From the human T2T-CHM13v2.0 reference genome, Homo sapiens, in contig CP068257.2 in assembly GCA_009914755.4 (NCBI GenBank), positions 9,472,001-9,536,000 of the forward strand: DNA of 64,000 bases. Reading direction: 5' to 3'. The notes beneath the pieces are model-generated. The model saw only the letters and a list, made by a program, of their open reading frames with translations. It was not told where the DNA came from and made no database searches. The position numbers and the translations under genes are program-made. Positions 16,078-28,789 of this stretch are shown piece by piece. Numbering within the stretch: the first letter of the stretch is position 1; each line of letters starts with the position of its first letter.

Positions 16078-16239
16078 GACCCAAACTCGTCTAAGAGCTG
16101 AGAAACTCACTATGAGCATTTCATTGTTTAACTGGAAGTATTAACAGCAGAAGGGACTAAACTGAGGAAAAAAAACTTAGAGCTGTGAGATGGATTCATT
16201 GAATCAACTCAGTTAAACAAATATAAAGGGGTGGGTCAC

Positions 16240-17375
16240 TGTATTAGTCTGTTCTCATGCTGCTATAAAGAACTGACTGAGACTGGGTAATTTAGAATCA
16301 AAATAGTTTTAATTGACTCACAGTTCTGCATGGCTGGGGAGGCTCCAGGAAACATACACTTATGGTGGAAGGGGCAGCAAACATGTCCTTGTTGATATGG
16401 CTGCAGGAGAGAGAAGTGCAAAGTAAAGTGGGGGAAAGCCCCTATAAAACCTTCAGCTCTCATAAGAACTCACTCATTATCATGAGAACAGTATGATCCC
16501 CATGTCTAATCACCTCCCACGATGTCCTTCCCCCAACATGTGGGGATTACAATTTGCATTACAATTCAAGATGAGATTTTGGGTAGGGACACAAAGCCAA
16601 ACTATATTATTCTGTCCATGGCCCCTCGCAAATCTCATGTCCTCACATTTCAAAACACAATTATGCCTTTCCAAGAATCCCCTAAAGTCTTAACTCATTT
16701 CAGCATTAACCCAAAAGTTCAAGTTCAAAATCTCATCTGAGAAAAGGCAAGTCCCTTCCACCTATGAGCCTGTAACATCAAAAGCAAGTTAGTTATTTCC
16801 TAGATACAATGGGAGTGCAGGTACTGGGTAAATACACCCATTGGAGATGGGAGAAATTGACCAAAACAAAGGAGCTATAGGCCCCATGCAAGTCTGAAAT
16901 CCAACAGAGCAGTCATTAAACCTTAAAGTTTCAAAATGATGTCCTTTGACTCCATGTCTCACATCCAGGTCACACAGATGCAAGAGATGGGATATCATGG
17001 CTTTGAGAAGCTCCACTCCTATGGCTTGGCAGGGTACAGCCTCCCTTCTGGCTGCTTTCACAGGTTGGTGTTGAGTGCCTGCAGCTTTTCCTGGTGAGTG
17101 GTGTGAGCTTTTGGTGGATCTATCATTCTGGGATCCGGAGAATGACGGCCCTCTTCTCACAGCTCCACTAGTCAGTGCCCCAGTGGAGACCCTGCATGGG
17201 TGCTCTGACCCCACATCTTCCTTCTGCCCTAGCAGAGGTCTCCATGAGGGCCCTTCCCCTGCAGCATACTTCTGCCTAGACATTCAGGTGTTTCTATACA
17301 TCCTTTGAAATTCAGGCTGAGGTTCCTAAAGCTCAACTCTTGTCTTCTGCACACACACAGGCCCAATATCACATA
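16240..17375 (-). mobile_element. MaLR (THE1/MST-type) fragment: 3' LTR (16240-16609, reverse complement) plus the 3' part of the internal region. The 5' half is absent.
   Basis: tgtattagtctgttctcatgctgctataaagaactgactgagactgggtaattt...caagatgagattttgggtagggacacaaagccaaactatat is the reverse complement of a THE1-type LTR (TGATATGG...AATACA). The downstream 16610-17375 aligns as a reverse complement to 3774-4513 of the plus-strand copy. Confidence 0.7.
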
Positions 17376-17935
<560 letters not shown>

Positions 17936-20162
17936 ATTGTGGTGGATTAGCTTCTTGATGTACAGCTAGATTTGGTTTGCTAGTATTTTGTTGAATATTT
18001 CTGTATCTATGTTCATTAGAAATATTGGTCTGAAGTTTTTTTTTTCATTGCATCTCTGCCAGGATTTGGTATCACAATGATGTTGTCCTCATAGAATGAG
18101 TTAGGTATGAGTCCCTCCTCCTCAATTATTTTAGATAGTGTCAGTAGGTGTGGTATCAGCTCTTCTTTATACAGCTGGTAGAATTTGGCAGTGAATCCTT
18201 TGAGGCCAACACTTTTTCTGATTGATAGGCATTGTATTGCCAATTCAGTTTGGAACTTCCTATTAGTCTGTTCAAAGTTTCGTTTTCTTCCTGGTTCAAT
18301 CTTTGAAGATTGCTTCCCGGAATTTATGCAGCTTCTCTGGGTTTTTCAGTTTGTGTACATAGAGGTGTTCATAATAATCCCTGAGGGTTGTTGTATTTCT
18401 GTGGAGTCACTGGTAATGTCCCCTTTGTCTCTTTTGTGATTGTGTTTATTTGAATATTGTCTCTTTTTTTCTTTATAAGTTTAGATAATGGCCTATCAAC
18501 ATTATTTTTTCTTTCAAATACCCAACATTCAGTTTTGTTGATTTTTTTACATTTTTTTCTCATCTCCATTTTGTTAATTTCCGTTATGATTGTGGCCATT
18601 TCTTTTCTTCTACTACCTTCGAGGTTGGTTCTTTTTTGTTTTTTAGGTTCCTCTATCTGTGATGTTAGGTTGCAAATTTGAGATCTTTCTAGCTGTTGAC
18701 ATAAGTGTTTAGCACAATAAACTTTCCTTTTAACCATGCTTTATCTGTGTTCTAGAGTTTCTAGTGTGTTGTATTTTTGTTTTCATCAGAGTCTAAGAAT
18801 TTCTTGATTTCTGCCTTGATTTTATTGTTTACACAAAAGTCATTCAGGTTCAGGTTGTTTAATTTTCACTTAATCCTACAGTTTTGGCAGATCTTCTTGG
18901 TATTGATTTGTATTTTTATTGTGCTGTGGTCTGAGAGTGTGGCTGGTAACATTTTTTTTTATTTGTTGAGAATTGACTTACAGCTGAGCATGTGGTTGAT
19001 TTTAGAATATGTGTCATGTGCAGATGATAAGAATATATATTCTGTTGTTGATGTGTGGAGTGTTCTGTAGATGTCTGTTAGGTGTATTTGGCCAAGTGTC
19101 AAGTTTAGGTCCCGAATATCTTTGTTAGTTTTCTGCCTCAGTGATATGTCTTACACTGTCAGTGAGGTGTTGAGGTCTGCCACTGTCATCGTGTAGTTAT
19201 GTAAGTTTCTTTGTATATCTCTAAGAGCTTGTTTTGTGAATCTGAGTGATCCAGTGTTAGGTGCATATATATTTAGGATAGTTAAGTCTTCTTGTTTAAT
19301 TGAATCCTTCATCATTACGTAATGCCCTTAATTGTCTGTTTTGATCATCGTTAGTTTAATGTCAGTTTTATCTAAAATAAGAACAGCAACACCTGTTCTT
19401 CTTTGTTTTTCATTTGTTTGGTAGTTCTTTCTCCATCCCTTTACTTTGAACCTATGGGTGTTCTCACATGTGAGATGGGTCTCTTGAAGACAGCATACAG
19501 TTGGGTCTTGATTCTTTATCCACTTTGCCACTCCATGCCTTTTAAGTGGGTGTTTAGCTTGTTTATCTTCAATATTGACATGTGCACATTCGATCCTCCC
19601 AGCATGTTGTTAGCTGGTTGTTATGTAAACTTGATTGTGTAATTACTTTATAGTGTTGATGGTCTATATACTTGAGTGTGTTTTTCTGGTGCTAGGTAAC
19701 AGTCCTTCATTTTCATGTTTAGCACTTTCTTAAGGATCTCTTCCGGTCTCTAAAGGCCTGGTGGTAATAAATTCCCCTAGCTTTTGCTTATCTGAAATGG
19801 ATTTTATTTCTCCCTTGTTTATGAAGCTTAGTTTGGTGGGACATAAAATTCTTAGTTCATAATTTTATTTTTTCAAAAATGCTGAATATGGATTCTTAAT
19901 GTCTTCTGACTGTGGGATATTGCTGAGAGTTCCCCTGTGAATTTGATGTAGTTTCCACTTTATGTGACCTGCCCCTTGTCGTTAACTGCCTTTAATATTT
20001 TTTTCTTTTGCATTGACCTTCAAGAATCTGATTACTTTGTGTCTCTGCAATGGTTGTCTTACATAGCATCTTACATGGGTTATCTGAATTTTCTAAATTT
20101 ATATGTCAATCTCTCTAGTGAAATTGGGGAAATTTTTTATAGAATCCCTTATTTCTCCAAGG

Positions 20163-20452
20163 TTTTTTTCTTTTTCTTTTTTTTTTGAGATGGAGTCTTG
20201 CTCTGTAGCCCAGGCTGGAGTGCAGTGGCATGATCTCGGCTCAATGCAAACTCCACCTCCCAGGTTCCTACCAATCTCCTGCCTCAGACTCCTGAATAGC
20301 TGGGGCTACAGGCACCTGCCACCATGCCCAGTGAATTTTTTTTTTTTGTATTTTTAGTAGAGACAGGGTTTCACCATGTTAGCCAGGATGGTCTCAATAT
20401 CCTCCCAAAGTGCTGGGATTACAGGTACAGGCATGAGCCACCATGCCTGACC
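20163..20452 (-). mobile_element. Alu SINE with an internal ~30-bp deletion, inserted in the ORF1 region of the minus-strand L1.
   Basis: T-rich tail, then gagatggagtcttgctctgtagcccaggctggagtgcagtggcatgatctcggctcaatgcaaactccacctcccaggttc...gcatgagccaccatgcctgacc. Confidence 0.85.
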
Positions 20453-21249
20453 TTTCATTTTTTAAAATTCTTCTTTTCTTTATTTATTTTCTGGCTGTGT
20501 TAACTTAAATAATCAGTCTTCAATCTCTGAGATTCTTTTCTTGGCTTAGTCCATTCTGCTGTGAATATTTCCAATCATTTTATGAAATTCTTGTAGTGTA
20601 TTTTGTAACTCTACCTGCTAGGTTTGGTTTTTGTTTGTTTGTCTTGTTTTGTTTTTTCAAATGGCTAATTTTTTTCTCTTTAATCATTTTACTGGATTCC
20701 TCAGATTCTTGGAAATAGTGTTCAACTTTCTATTGAATTTCAATGATCTTCATTTTCTTCTACCTCTCAGTTCTATATCTGACATTTCAGCCATTTCCTT
20801 CTATTTAACAACCATTGCTGTAGAACTAGTGCAGTCATTTGGAGGTAAAGTGACAGTCTGACTTTTTGAGTTGCTAGAGTTCTTATGTTGGCTTTTTTCT
20901 CACCTGTGTGGGCTGGTGTTTCTTTAACTGTGGTATAATTTGAGCATAGTCAGTTGACTTTGTTTCTGGATGTTTTCAAAGCACCTTTTTGCATGATCTT
21001 TATTAGTAGCTGAATTATTGTCCTGGGTTTCACAGAGGCTTATATTAGCAAAGTAATTTTAGTGTTGAAGTTTCTGCTGCAAGCTGGCTGATGACACTTA
21101 GGTATAATGGCTGATAGGTAGGCTCTTGTTCAGCCTACCTACCTATAATGGCTGATAGGTAGGCTCTTGTTCATACACAAATGTGTATTTTCTCACATTT
21201 GCAGCCATGCTCCGTGTCAGTATTCTGTGTGTGTAGGCTTCCCTCCTAC

Positions 21250-22198
21250 TGAAATGCTGGCTGCATAGCTTGGCTTGTCACTGCAGTGCTGCACATCACA
21301 GCCCTGTGGTGAGCTCAAGGTTTTTGTTTCCTCACAAGCTTGGGGACAAAAGAGGTGAGGACCTTGGCAGTGGTAATGTCTGGAGGTCTATCACTTGTCT
21401 TTTGCAGCTCCACCATACAGAAATGCAGAGATGCTGCCAAATGGAGTGGTCAACCTTTGATGGGGCCTGTGCATTTTGGAACCAATCTGGGGGACACTAC
21501 TGGTGATGAGCAGAGGGTGTCAGGGCTTGTGAGAAGATAGATTCATCTCTTCTCTGTAGGGTAGCTGCAGTGTGCTGGAGGTGTGAGTAAAGCACTTGGG
21601 GTCTTGTTCCCTCCCCAGTTGGAGGGCAGCAAGGGCAGTACTGCTGAATAGCGGTTGCAGAGAAACTTTCAGTTGCTTCTGGGATCTCCACCCCAGAGAA
21701 ATGCAGAACCACTGCCACTGGGCATTTTCAGCCTGGAGTGGGGCTGCTGCACTATGAGCCTTTGCTGGGGCCCCTGCCTGGTGAAGAGCAGGGGATCAGG
21801 GGCTCACAGAGAATAGAGATTGGGCTCCATGCCATATGGTGATCATATGGTAATCATAGTGTGCTGGAAGCATGAGTAAAGCATTCAGGCTCTTTTATTT
21901 CTTTCCCAGTCTAAGACAGCAAGGGCAGGTACCACTGCATTGGCAGTGGCAGTTGGCTGTCATTTGCCTCTGGGAGCTCCATCACAGGATAACACAGAGC
22001 CACTGGCAATAGAAATGTTCAGCTTGGGTGAGGTAGCTACTCTGCAGGCCCAAGCAAGGAGTTCTGCTTAGTGAAGGATAGGAGTTGGGAGCTCACAAGG
22101 AAGAGAGACTGGGCTCTACGCTATATGGCAGCTGTGTCATGATGAAGGTGCTAGTGAAGCAACCAGGATTTTGTTCTTTCCCCAGCCCAAGGGGAGTT
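21250..22198 (-). repeat. Tandem array of ~280-290-bp units (about 3 units) belonging to the old-L1 5'UTR. Left part of an array that is split by the THE1 insertion.
   Basis: Repeating blocks contain ...ggcagcaagggcag.actgc...tctgggagctccatcacaggataacacagagccactggcaatag... and ...gggatctccaccccagagaaatgcagaaccactgccactggg.... The motif cagagaaatgcagaaccactg parallels L1 5'UTR antisense cagatggaaatgcagaaatcacc. Confidence 0.55.
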
Positions 22199-24499
22199 TC
22201 TTAGTGCTTTTTTACACTGCTGATAAAGACATACCTGACACTGGACAATTTACAAAAGAAAGAGGTTTAATCAATTTGTAGTTCTACATGGCTGGGGAGG
22301 CCTCAAACTCATGGCAGAAGTCAAGAAGAGGAGCAAGTCACATCTTACATGGATGACTGCAGACAAATAGAGACCTCGTTTGGGGAAACTCCCATTTTTA
22401 AAGCCATCAGATTTCATGAGACCCATTCACTATCATGAGAACAGCATGGGGAAGACTCACTCTCATGATTCAATCATTTCCCACTGGGTCCCTCCCACAA
22501 CATGTAGAAATTATGGGAACTACAAGATGAGACTTGGGTGGGGACACAGAGTCAAACCATATTATTATACCCCTGGCCCCTCCCAAATCTCATATCTTCA
22601 CATTTCAAAACCAATCATGCCTTCCCAACAGTCCCAAAAAGCCTTAACTAATTTCAGCATTAACTCAAAAGTCCACAGTCCAAAGTCTCATCTGAGACAA
22701 GTCCCTTCCACTTATGAGCCTGTAAAATCAAAAGTAAGTTAGTTACTTCCTAGATACAATGGGGGTACAGGCATTGGGTAAATACAGCCATTCCAAATGG
22801 GAGAAATTGGCCAAAACAACAGGGCTACATGCCCCATGCAAGTGTGAAATCCAGAGGGACAGTCAAATTTTAAAGCTCCAAAATGATCTCCCAGTAACTC
22901 TATGTCTCACATCCAGGTCATGCTAATGCAAGAGGTGGGTTCCCAAGGTCTTGGGTAGCTCCACCCCCGTGGCTGTGTAGGGTACAGCCTCCCTCATGGC
23001 TGCTTTCACAGGGTGACATTGAGTGTCTTAGTCTTCTCTAGGTGCACGGTGCAAGCTGTCAGTGGATTTACCATTCTGGGGTCTGGAGAACGGTGGCCCT
23101 CTTCTCACAGCCGCATTAGGCAGTGCCCCAGTAGGGACTCTCTGTGGGGGCTCCAACCCCACATTTCCCTTCCACTCTGCCCTAAACAGTGGTTCTTTAT
23201 GAGGGCCTCACCCTTGCAGTGAACTTATTCCTGGACATCCAGGCATTTCCATACATCTGAAATCTAGGCAGAGATCCCCAAACCCCCATTTTTGACTTCT
23301 GTGCACTCACAGGCTCAACATCAAGTGGAAGCTGCCAAGGCTTGGGGCTTGTACCCTCTGAAGCCACAGCCTAAAGTCTACATTGGCCCCTTTCAGCCAT
23401 GGCTGGAGCAGCTGGGACACAGGGTGCCAAGTCCCTAGGCTGCTCACAGCATGATGACCTTGGGCCTGGCCCACAAAACCACTTTTTTTTCTCCTAGGTC
23501 ACCAGGCCTGTGATGGAAGGGGCTGCCATGAAGACCTCTGGCATGCCTTAGAGACATTTTCCCTATTGTCTTGGGGATTAACATTCATCTCCTCATTTCT
23601 TATACAAATTTCTGCAGCTGACTTAAATTTCTCCTCAGAAAATGGGATTTTCTTTTCTATCAGATTGTCAAGCCACAAACTTTTTGAACTTTTATGCTCT
23701 ACTTCCTTTATAAAACTGAGTGACTTTAACAGTACCCAGGTCACATCTTGAATGCTTTGCTGCTTAGAAATTTCTTCCATGAGATACCCTAAATCATCTT
23801 TCTCAAGTTCAAAGTTCCACAAATCTCTAGGCCTGGAGCACAATGCCACCAGTCTCTTTGCTAAAACATAACAAAAGTCACCTTTGTTCTAGTCCCCAAG
23901 ATCCTCATCTCCATTGGAGACCACCTCAACCTGGATTTCATTGTCCGTATCATTAACATCATTTTAGGCAAAGCCATTCAACAAGTCTCTAGGTGGTTCT
24001 AAACGTTGCCACATTTTCCTATCTCCTTCTGAGTGTTCCAAGCTGTTTCAACCTCTGCCTGTTACCCAGTTCTAAAGTTGCTTCCACATTTTCAGGCACT
24101 TTTCAGTAGAGCCCACTCTACTGGTACCAATTTACTGTAGTATTCCATTTTCATGCTGCTGATAGACAGACCTGAGACTGGGCAATTTACAAAAGAAGGA
24201 GGTTTAATCAACTTACAGTTCCACGTGGCTGGGAAGGCCTCACAATCATGGTGAAAGGTAAGTAGGAGCAAGTCACATCTTACATGGATGGCAGCAGGCT
24301 AAGAGAGAGCTTGTGTCAGGAAACTCCTGTTTTTAAAATCATTAGATCTCATGAGACCCATCCACTATGATGAGAACAGCATGGGAAATACCCATCCCCA
24401 TTATTCAGTCATTTTCCACCAGGTACCTCCCACAAAACATAGGAATTGTGGGATCTACAGGATGAGATTTGAATGGGGACACAGAGCCAAACCATATCA
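22199..24499 (-). mobile_element. Full-length MaLR (THE1-type) LTR retrotransposon: 3' LTR 22199-22562, internal 22563-24135, 5' LTR 24136-24499 (all reverse complement). No intact ORF.
   Basis: The two LTR copies are in the same orientation (...ctgctgataaagacatacctgacactggacaatttacaaaagaaagaggtttaatcaa...gagacttgggtggggacacagagtcaaaccatat and ...gctgctgatagacagacctgagactgggcaatttacaaaagaaggaggtttaatcaa...gagatttgaatggggacacagagccaaaccatatca). They end in the reverse complement of TGATATGG. The internal region is collinear with the other MaLR copies. Confidence 0.75.
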
Positions 24500-25880
24500 G
24501 GCAGCAAGGGTGGTACCACTGTATGTAATGGCAGAGGGGCTGTGGGTTGTCGCTGGGAATTCTATCTCAGAGAAATGCACAGGTGCCACTGTCTGAAGTG
24601 TTCAAGTGGGAGCAGGGTAGCTGTGCTGGGGCCCAGGTCGGGAGGCCCTACCCAGTAAGAAGTAGCAGGAGCAAAGACAGGCATGGAAAAAAGTCTGACA
24701 ACACCTCCATAAGGCAGCTGTGCTGAGCTGAAGACCTGCTACAGTCCTTAAGCCTCTTTGCTATCTCTTGATCTGAGGGCATTATGGGCAGGGGCTATAG
24801 CAGGCAAAAATGGCAGGCCTGTCTTATACCTATGAGAGCTCTGTCCCAGGGAAATGCAATGCTGCTTCTGGCCCAAGTTGTCAGGCTGAGGTAGGTGGCT
24901 GTGCTGGAGGCTCAAGCCAGGAGGCCCTGACCAGTGAGGAGTAGAAGGGGCCATGACTAACATTGAAAACTATATGACTGCTTTTCCAGAAGGCAGCTTG
25001 CCCTGTGCTGGAGGCCCACAACAGTCATAACACTCTTCACTCCCTCCTGACCCTGAAGGCAGTTGGGTAGTGGCTGGAGCTGCTATAGCAGCAAAAACAG
25101 CAGATATGTATGTCTATTGCATCTGAGAACTTCATCCCAGAGAAATGCAGAGCTGCTGCCAGTCGAAGAGGTCAAGTGGGTGTTTCATGGCTGTTCTGGA
25201 GTTCCAGGTCAGTGTGCTTTGCCTGGAGAGGTTTACCAGAGGCAAGGCATGAAGTCCCTCTGCTCCTCAGAACCATGAATGTAGCCACTAACCTCTCGCA
25301 TTCAGAGAACTTGGCCTTCTTGTTGGTGAAGCTATGGCAACTAGCACTGGGGTGCTTAGGGGTCTAAGACCCCTGGAACTTCTCATGTGCCTGATCTGGA
25401 GCTCTGCCCAGATTCTATGCAGCTCTCCTTGTTAGTCTGAAGGCCCCAGGGGGATCACTCAGGGTGGATCACCTGTGCCTATGATTACAAAGGTCCATGA
25501 CAGAAGTGTGGGGCCATGGGACTCTCTCTCAGTCACTATTTCTTTGTGGTAAGGATCCTCCCCTGACTCCACCCAATCCTGGGTGGGTGGCTGTTGTGTC
25601 TTGCTGTTTTTTTCTCCATGGCTTCTGTTGCTTCCTTGCTGAATCCCAACATGTCCTCTTGGAAGATCCAGTTGAAGTGCTAGTGTTTACTGGCCAGTCT
25701 ATTTCGTTTTCACAAGAGTGGAGCGTACTAGCTGCTTCTAGTAAGTCATCTTGGCACTTGATCACAAAAGACATTTATTTTTCACAGTTCTGCAGGCTGG
25801 CAAGTCCAAGTTAAAAGTGCCAGGAGATTCAATTCTTGGTAAGGGTTCTTCCTGGCTTGCAGACAGCTGCCTTCTCGTTG
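24500..25880 (-). mobile_element. Continuation of the minus-strand L1 5'UTR beyond the THE1 insertion, including the right part of the ~285-bp tandem array (24500-~25300). The L1 5' terminus is placed near ~25870 with low confidence.
   Basis: The units ggcagcaagggtggtaccactg...tctcagagaaatgcacaggtgccactg... and ...tcccagggaaatgcaatgctgcttctgg... are homologous to the array units left of the THE1 element. ggtaagggttcttcctggcttgcagacagctgcc weakly parallels the reverse complement of an L1 5' terminus. Confidence 0.45.
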
Positions 25881-26045
25881 TATTTTCACTAGGAAGAAAA
25901 AAGAAGGTCTAGTGTCTCTTAATTGGATAAATTTTTAAAACCAAAATTATTGAAGGTGATTCTAATACACCTTTCTCAGTAACTCATATACATATACCGG
26001 ATGCATTATTAAGATTATTAGTGTATTTAAAAATATACAATTTCT

Positions 26046-26363
26046 GGTTGGGCGCAGTGGCTCATGCCTATAATCCTAGCAGTTTGGGAGGCCAAGGCGG
26101 GCGGATCATGAGGTCAGGAGATGAAGACCATCCTGGCTAACACAGTGAAATCCCGTCTCTGCTAAAAATACAAAAAAAAAAAAAATAGCTGGATGTGGTG
26201 GCAGGCACCTATAGTCCCAGCAACTAGGGAGGCTGAGGCAGGAGAATGGTATGAACCCAGGAGGTGGAGTTTTCAGTGAGCCAAAATCATGCCACTGCAC
26301 TCCAGACAGGGTGACAGAGAGAGATTCCCTCTCAAAAAAATAAAATAAAATAAATAATTATAT
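26046..26363 (+). mobile_element. Alu SINE with an A-rich tail, flanked by an 18-bp target-site duplication.
   Basis: ggttgggcgcagtggctcatgcctataatcctagcagtttgggaggccaaggcgggcggatcatgaggtcaggag...gggtgacagagagagattccctctc followed by aaaaaaataaaataaaataaataatt. The sequence aaaaatatacaatttctg occurs at 26028-26045 and at 26364-26381. Confidence 0.9.
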
Positions 26364-26953
26364 AAAAATATACAATTTCTGCCCTTATTTATCTATATAA
26401 TTTTGTATAATTATTTTATGATTGCTTATTATTCCTTTTAGTAGCCACTTTGAAAATAATTAATGTTTGTATAAAAATAAACATTAATTTAATAAACTAA
26501 CAGAATAGCATATAAATTTCCACTAACATCCTATCAAAATTTATATAATTATAGTATTTTATAAGTCATTTTAGTGCTATATAAAGTTAAGAAAAATGGC
26601 CAAAAGTCTAAAAAAATTAAAAAAAATAAAATAGGAATAGAAAAAGGAAGAAAATTTATTTTTTAAGTTAAAAAATCTTTTTTTAAATGTAGAGAAATAC
26701 ATGTTTTTAAGAGAAAACATACCTTTAATCACAAGAAAAAAGTGCCTTTAAAAATAAAAATATTATATAACATAATAATATAAAAGTTTCTTTTTGAAGT
26801 TTGAAGTTGTTATAGTTTTAAAATTGTATGTATTTGGCATTTCTTTTATTTTGCTTTATGTTAACATTCAAATTTCATCTTCGAATTTTAATTATCCTTA
26901 AACATTTCTAGGTGCCTGTTAGTTGAATTCTAGACAAAATTTATCTTTACAAC

Positions 26954-27094
26954 TTTTTTTATTATACTCTAAGTTCTAGGGCACATGTGCACAACGTGCA
27001 GGTTTGTTACATATATATACATGTGTTGTGTTGGTTTGCGCACCCATTAACTCGTCATTTACATTAGGTATTTCTCTTAATGCTATCCCTCCCT
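26954..27094 (-). mobile_element. Terminal L1 3'UTR fragment (~140 bp), heavily 5'-truncated.
   Basis: tttttttattatactctaagttctagggcacatgtgcacaacgtgcaggtttgttacatatatatacatgtg...cacccattaactcgtcatttacattaggtatttctcttaatgctatccctccc is the reverse complement of the canonical L1 3' end. Confidence 0.75.
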
Positions 27095-28789
27095 CATCTT
27101 TTTATCTGCTATACAAATATATTTTTATGCAATATCAGTGTCATTAATATAGTTAATGATATAGTTAGCATAGTTAATTACAAAATGCAGTAATTTTATT
27201 GTTAAATATTATAATTTTAAATTATTATTGATGGTTTTTACAATATGTATCATATTAGTAATACACCTTAACACACCAAAAGTATGTCAGCCCATAATGA
27301 TGTTATTTTACTCGTTTATTTTAGTTTCATGTTTGAAATTTTTATATTCAGCTAATAGAAAAAAAATAACAAGACAGAGAAATACAAATATAGCAAATAT
27401 CGTCCAAGCAATAATCCCCGACTGAACAATGCCAAGATATACATTGTTTGATTTCTTCTTTCATTTAGATATTTGCATGAATTTTAAAGCTTTTGTATAT
27501 TTTTTATTTTATTAAAAATAATTTTCTGTCTTGCTTAACATGTTACTTATTTAAAAACATAAAATATTTAATCTACTTCATATCATCCAAATATATGAAT
27601 TAGCTCATTTTCTCTTCTCTATATATGATCTTGTGTCTTTATTCAGACAAAATAGTTCTGTCATTTAAATGCTTCCTTATCTTTAGCATAGTGTGATTTT
27701 TCTTTTTAAAATTATTATAGTTCAATAATATATCAAGCTAGTGGGAGAAAAGCAAAGGTGAATTAAACTATGTTTCAGTAAAATGTAAAAAAAAAATCTG
27801 ATTTTAAGTAATTACTAACTATGTACAGTCACAAACTCATGAACCAACAGTATAGAAGAAATAATTGGTGCGATTTGGGCAAACTAGAAAAAACCAAGAA
27901 AAATGAAAAGATCTTTTTATATGATCATTCTTAATTAGAGCCACTGACAGTGAATGTAAGAATGTTTAATGAATGTGACCTATAAAGCTTTGCTAGATTC
28001 TGACTGACTCAGAGGTTATATATTACTTCTCACACTTCTTTATTAAAATTATTTTATTTTTAACTTAAGCATCTTTTTTTATAACTAAAGTGACAGTTAT
28101 ACATGAACAAGTATAATAGTTTGTCTAAAATATTTTGTACCAAAACAGGAAGACTGAAGTGTGAATAATCTCAGTAAAAAAGTATAAAATATATTTTAGA
28201 CATGCAGTCATTCATTGAAATGTACACATGAAGTAAATCAAGTGACCTCATTATTGAATAAATTGACTGAGAAATATATGAGGTTGAATTAATTTCTTCT
28301 TCCACAGAATTTTTTTATTTATTTCATTTTTGTTCAATGTTTCTTGATATAAAGTAGATTATTTTCTATTATTTTCAGATGTCTCAGAAATCTTTCCAGT
28401 TCTTTCCTATGGTCTTCAATATGTTTTAAAAAATTAATGCAAAATGTGGACCATTTAAAAACTAGATTTTCTCAAAGATTCAGTGTTGAAGGTAGTGTCC
28501 CTGGAGATTATTTGTTAAAGAATGTTTAAAACTAACTAGCACATGCCTAGTCTTTGACATGATTTGTTTTGTAAGATCCTTGTCATCATGATATGTATTC
28601 AGGAAAAGGAGTATTCTCAGATTACAGATAAAGAAGCTAAGTCAGACATGTATTGAGTATGTAACTTGATGTGAGCCATAAATAAAAATGTGCCAAATAT
28701 ATTAGTTAATTGTATAAATCTAAAGCATTCTATAATAGTATATTATCTCTGGCTGGTGAATCTAGCAAACACAACATATAGTTATCTCT

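Larger units (their letters stand above)
14190..16239 (+). mobile_element. Older L1, 5' end: 5'UTR (~14190-15600) plus the N-terminal part of ORF1. Interrupted by an Alu at 15749-16077 and ending at the THE1 LTR at 16240.
   Basis: The start gaagagccaaaatggccagcaagacagagccaggaagatcctcc parallels the L1 5' terminus ggagccaagatggccgaataggaacagctcc. At 15735-15748 and 16078-16097, aaaagacccaaactcgtctaagagctgag parallels L1 ORF1 gaaaagaccaaatctacgtctgattggtg. Confidence 0.55.
17936..22198 (-). mobile_element. Older primate L1, 3'-truncated at about ORF2 aa 275: ORF2 N-terminal third (17936-~19531), ORF1 (~19590-~20900) and a long 5'UTR. It continues beyond the THE1 insertion (see 24500-25880).
   Basis: Minus-strand ORFs match ORF2 regions: 19328..19531 (MAKWIKNQDPTVCCLQETHLTCENTHRFKVKGWRKNYQTNEKQRRTGVAVLILDKTDIKL, the endonuclease N-terminus), 18369..18737 (...ERKNNVDRPLSKLIKKKRDNIQINTI...) and 18016..18243 (...[25 protein letters not shown]...). 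The reverse complement of 19750-19850 translates to the ORF1 C-terminus (PTKLSFINKGEIKSISDKQKLGEFITTRP). The 20600-21100 antisense parallels the L1 ORF1/5'UTR junction region. Confidence 0.75.

Noticed and set aside
14664-17283. ORFs of 110-165 aa (14664..15032+, 14986..15321-, 15647..16084-, 16789..17283-) as novel genes
   Set aside because: They lie respectively in GC-richer L1 5'UTR, in an Alu plus (CA)n (CVCVCV... translation), and in MaLR internal sequence. GC-rich repeats give long spurious ORFs.
18369-24000. ORFs 18369..18737-, 22380..22742+ and 23499..23849- as genes
   Set aside because: The first is an L1 ORF2 fragment. The other two lie in the LTR and internal region of the full-length THE1 element. 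Near-identical paralogous ORFs occur in the other MaLR copies (24351.., 45663.., 46463..), as expected for repeat-derived frames.
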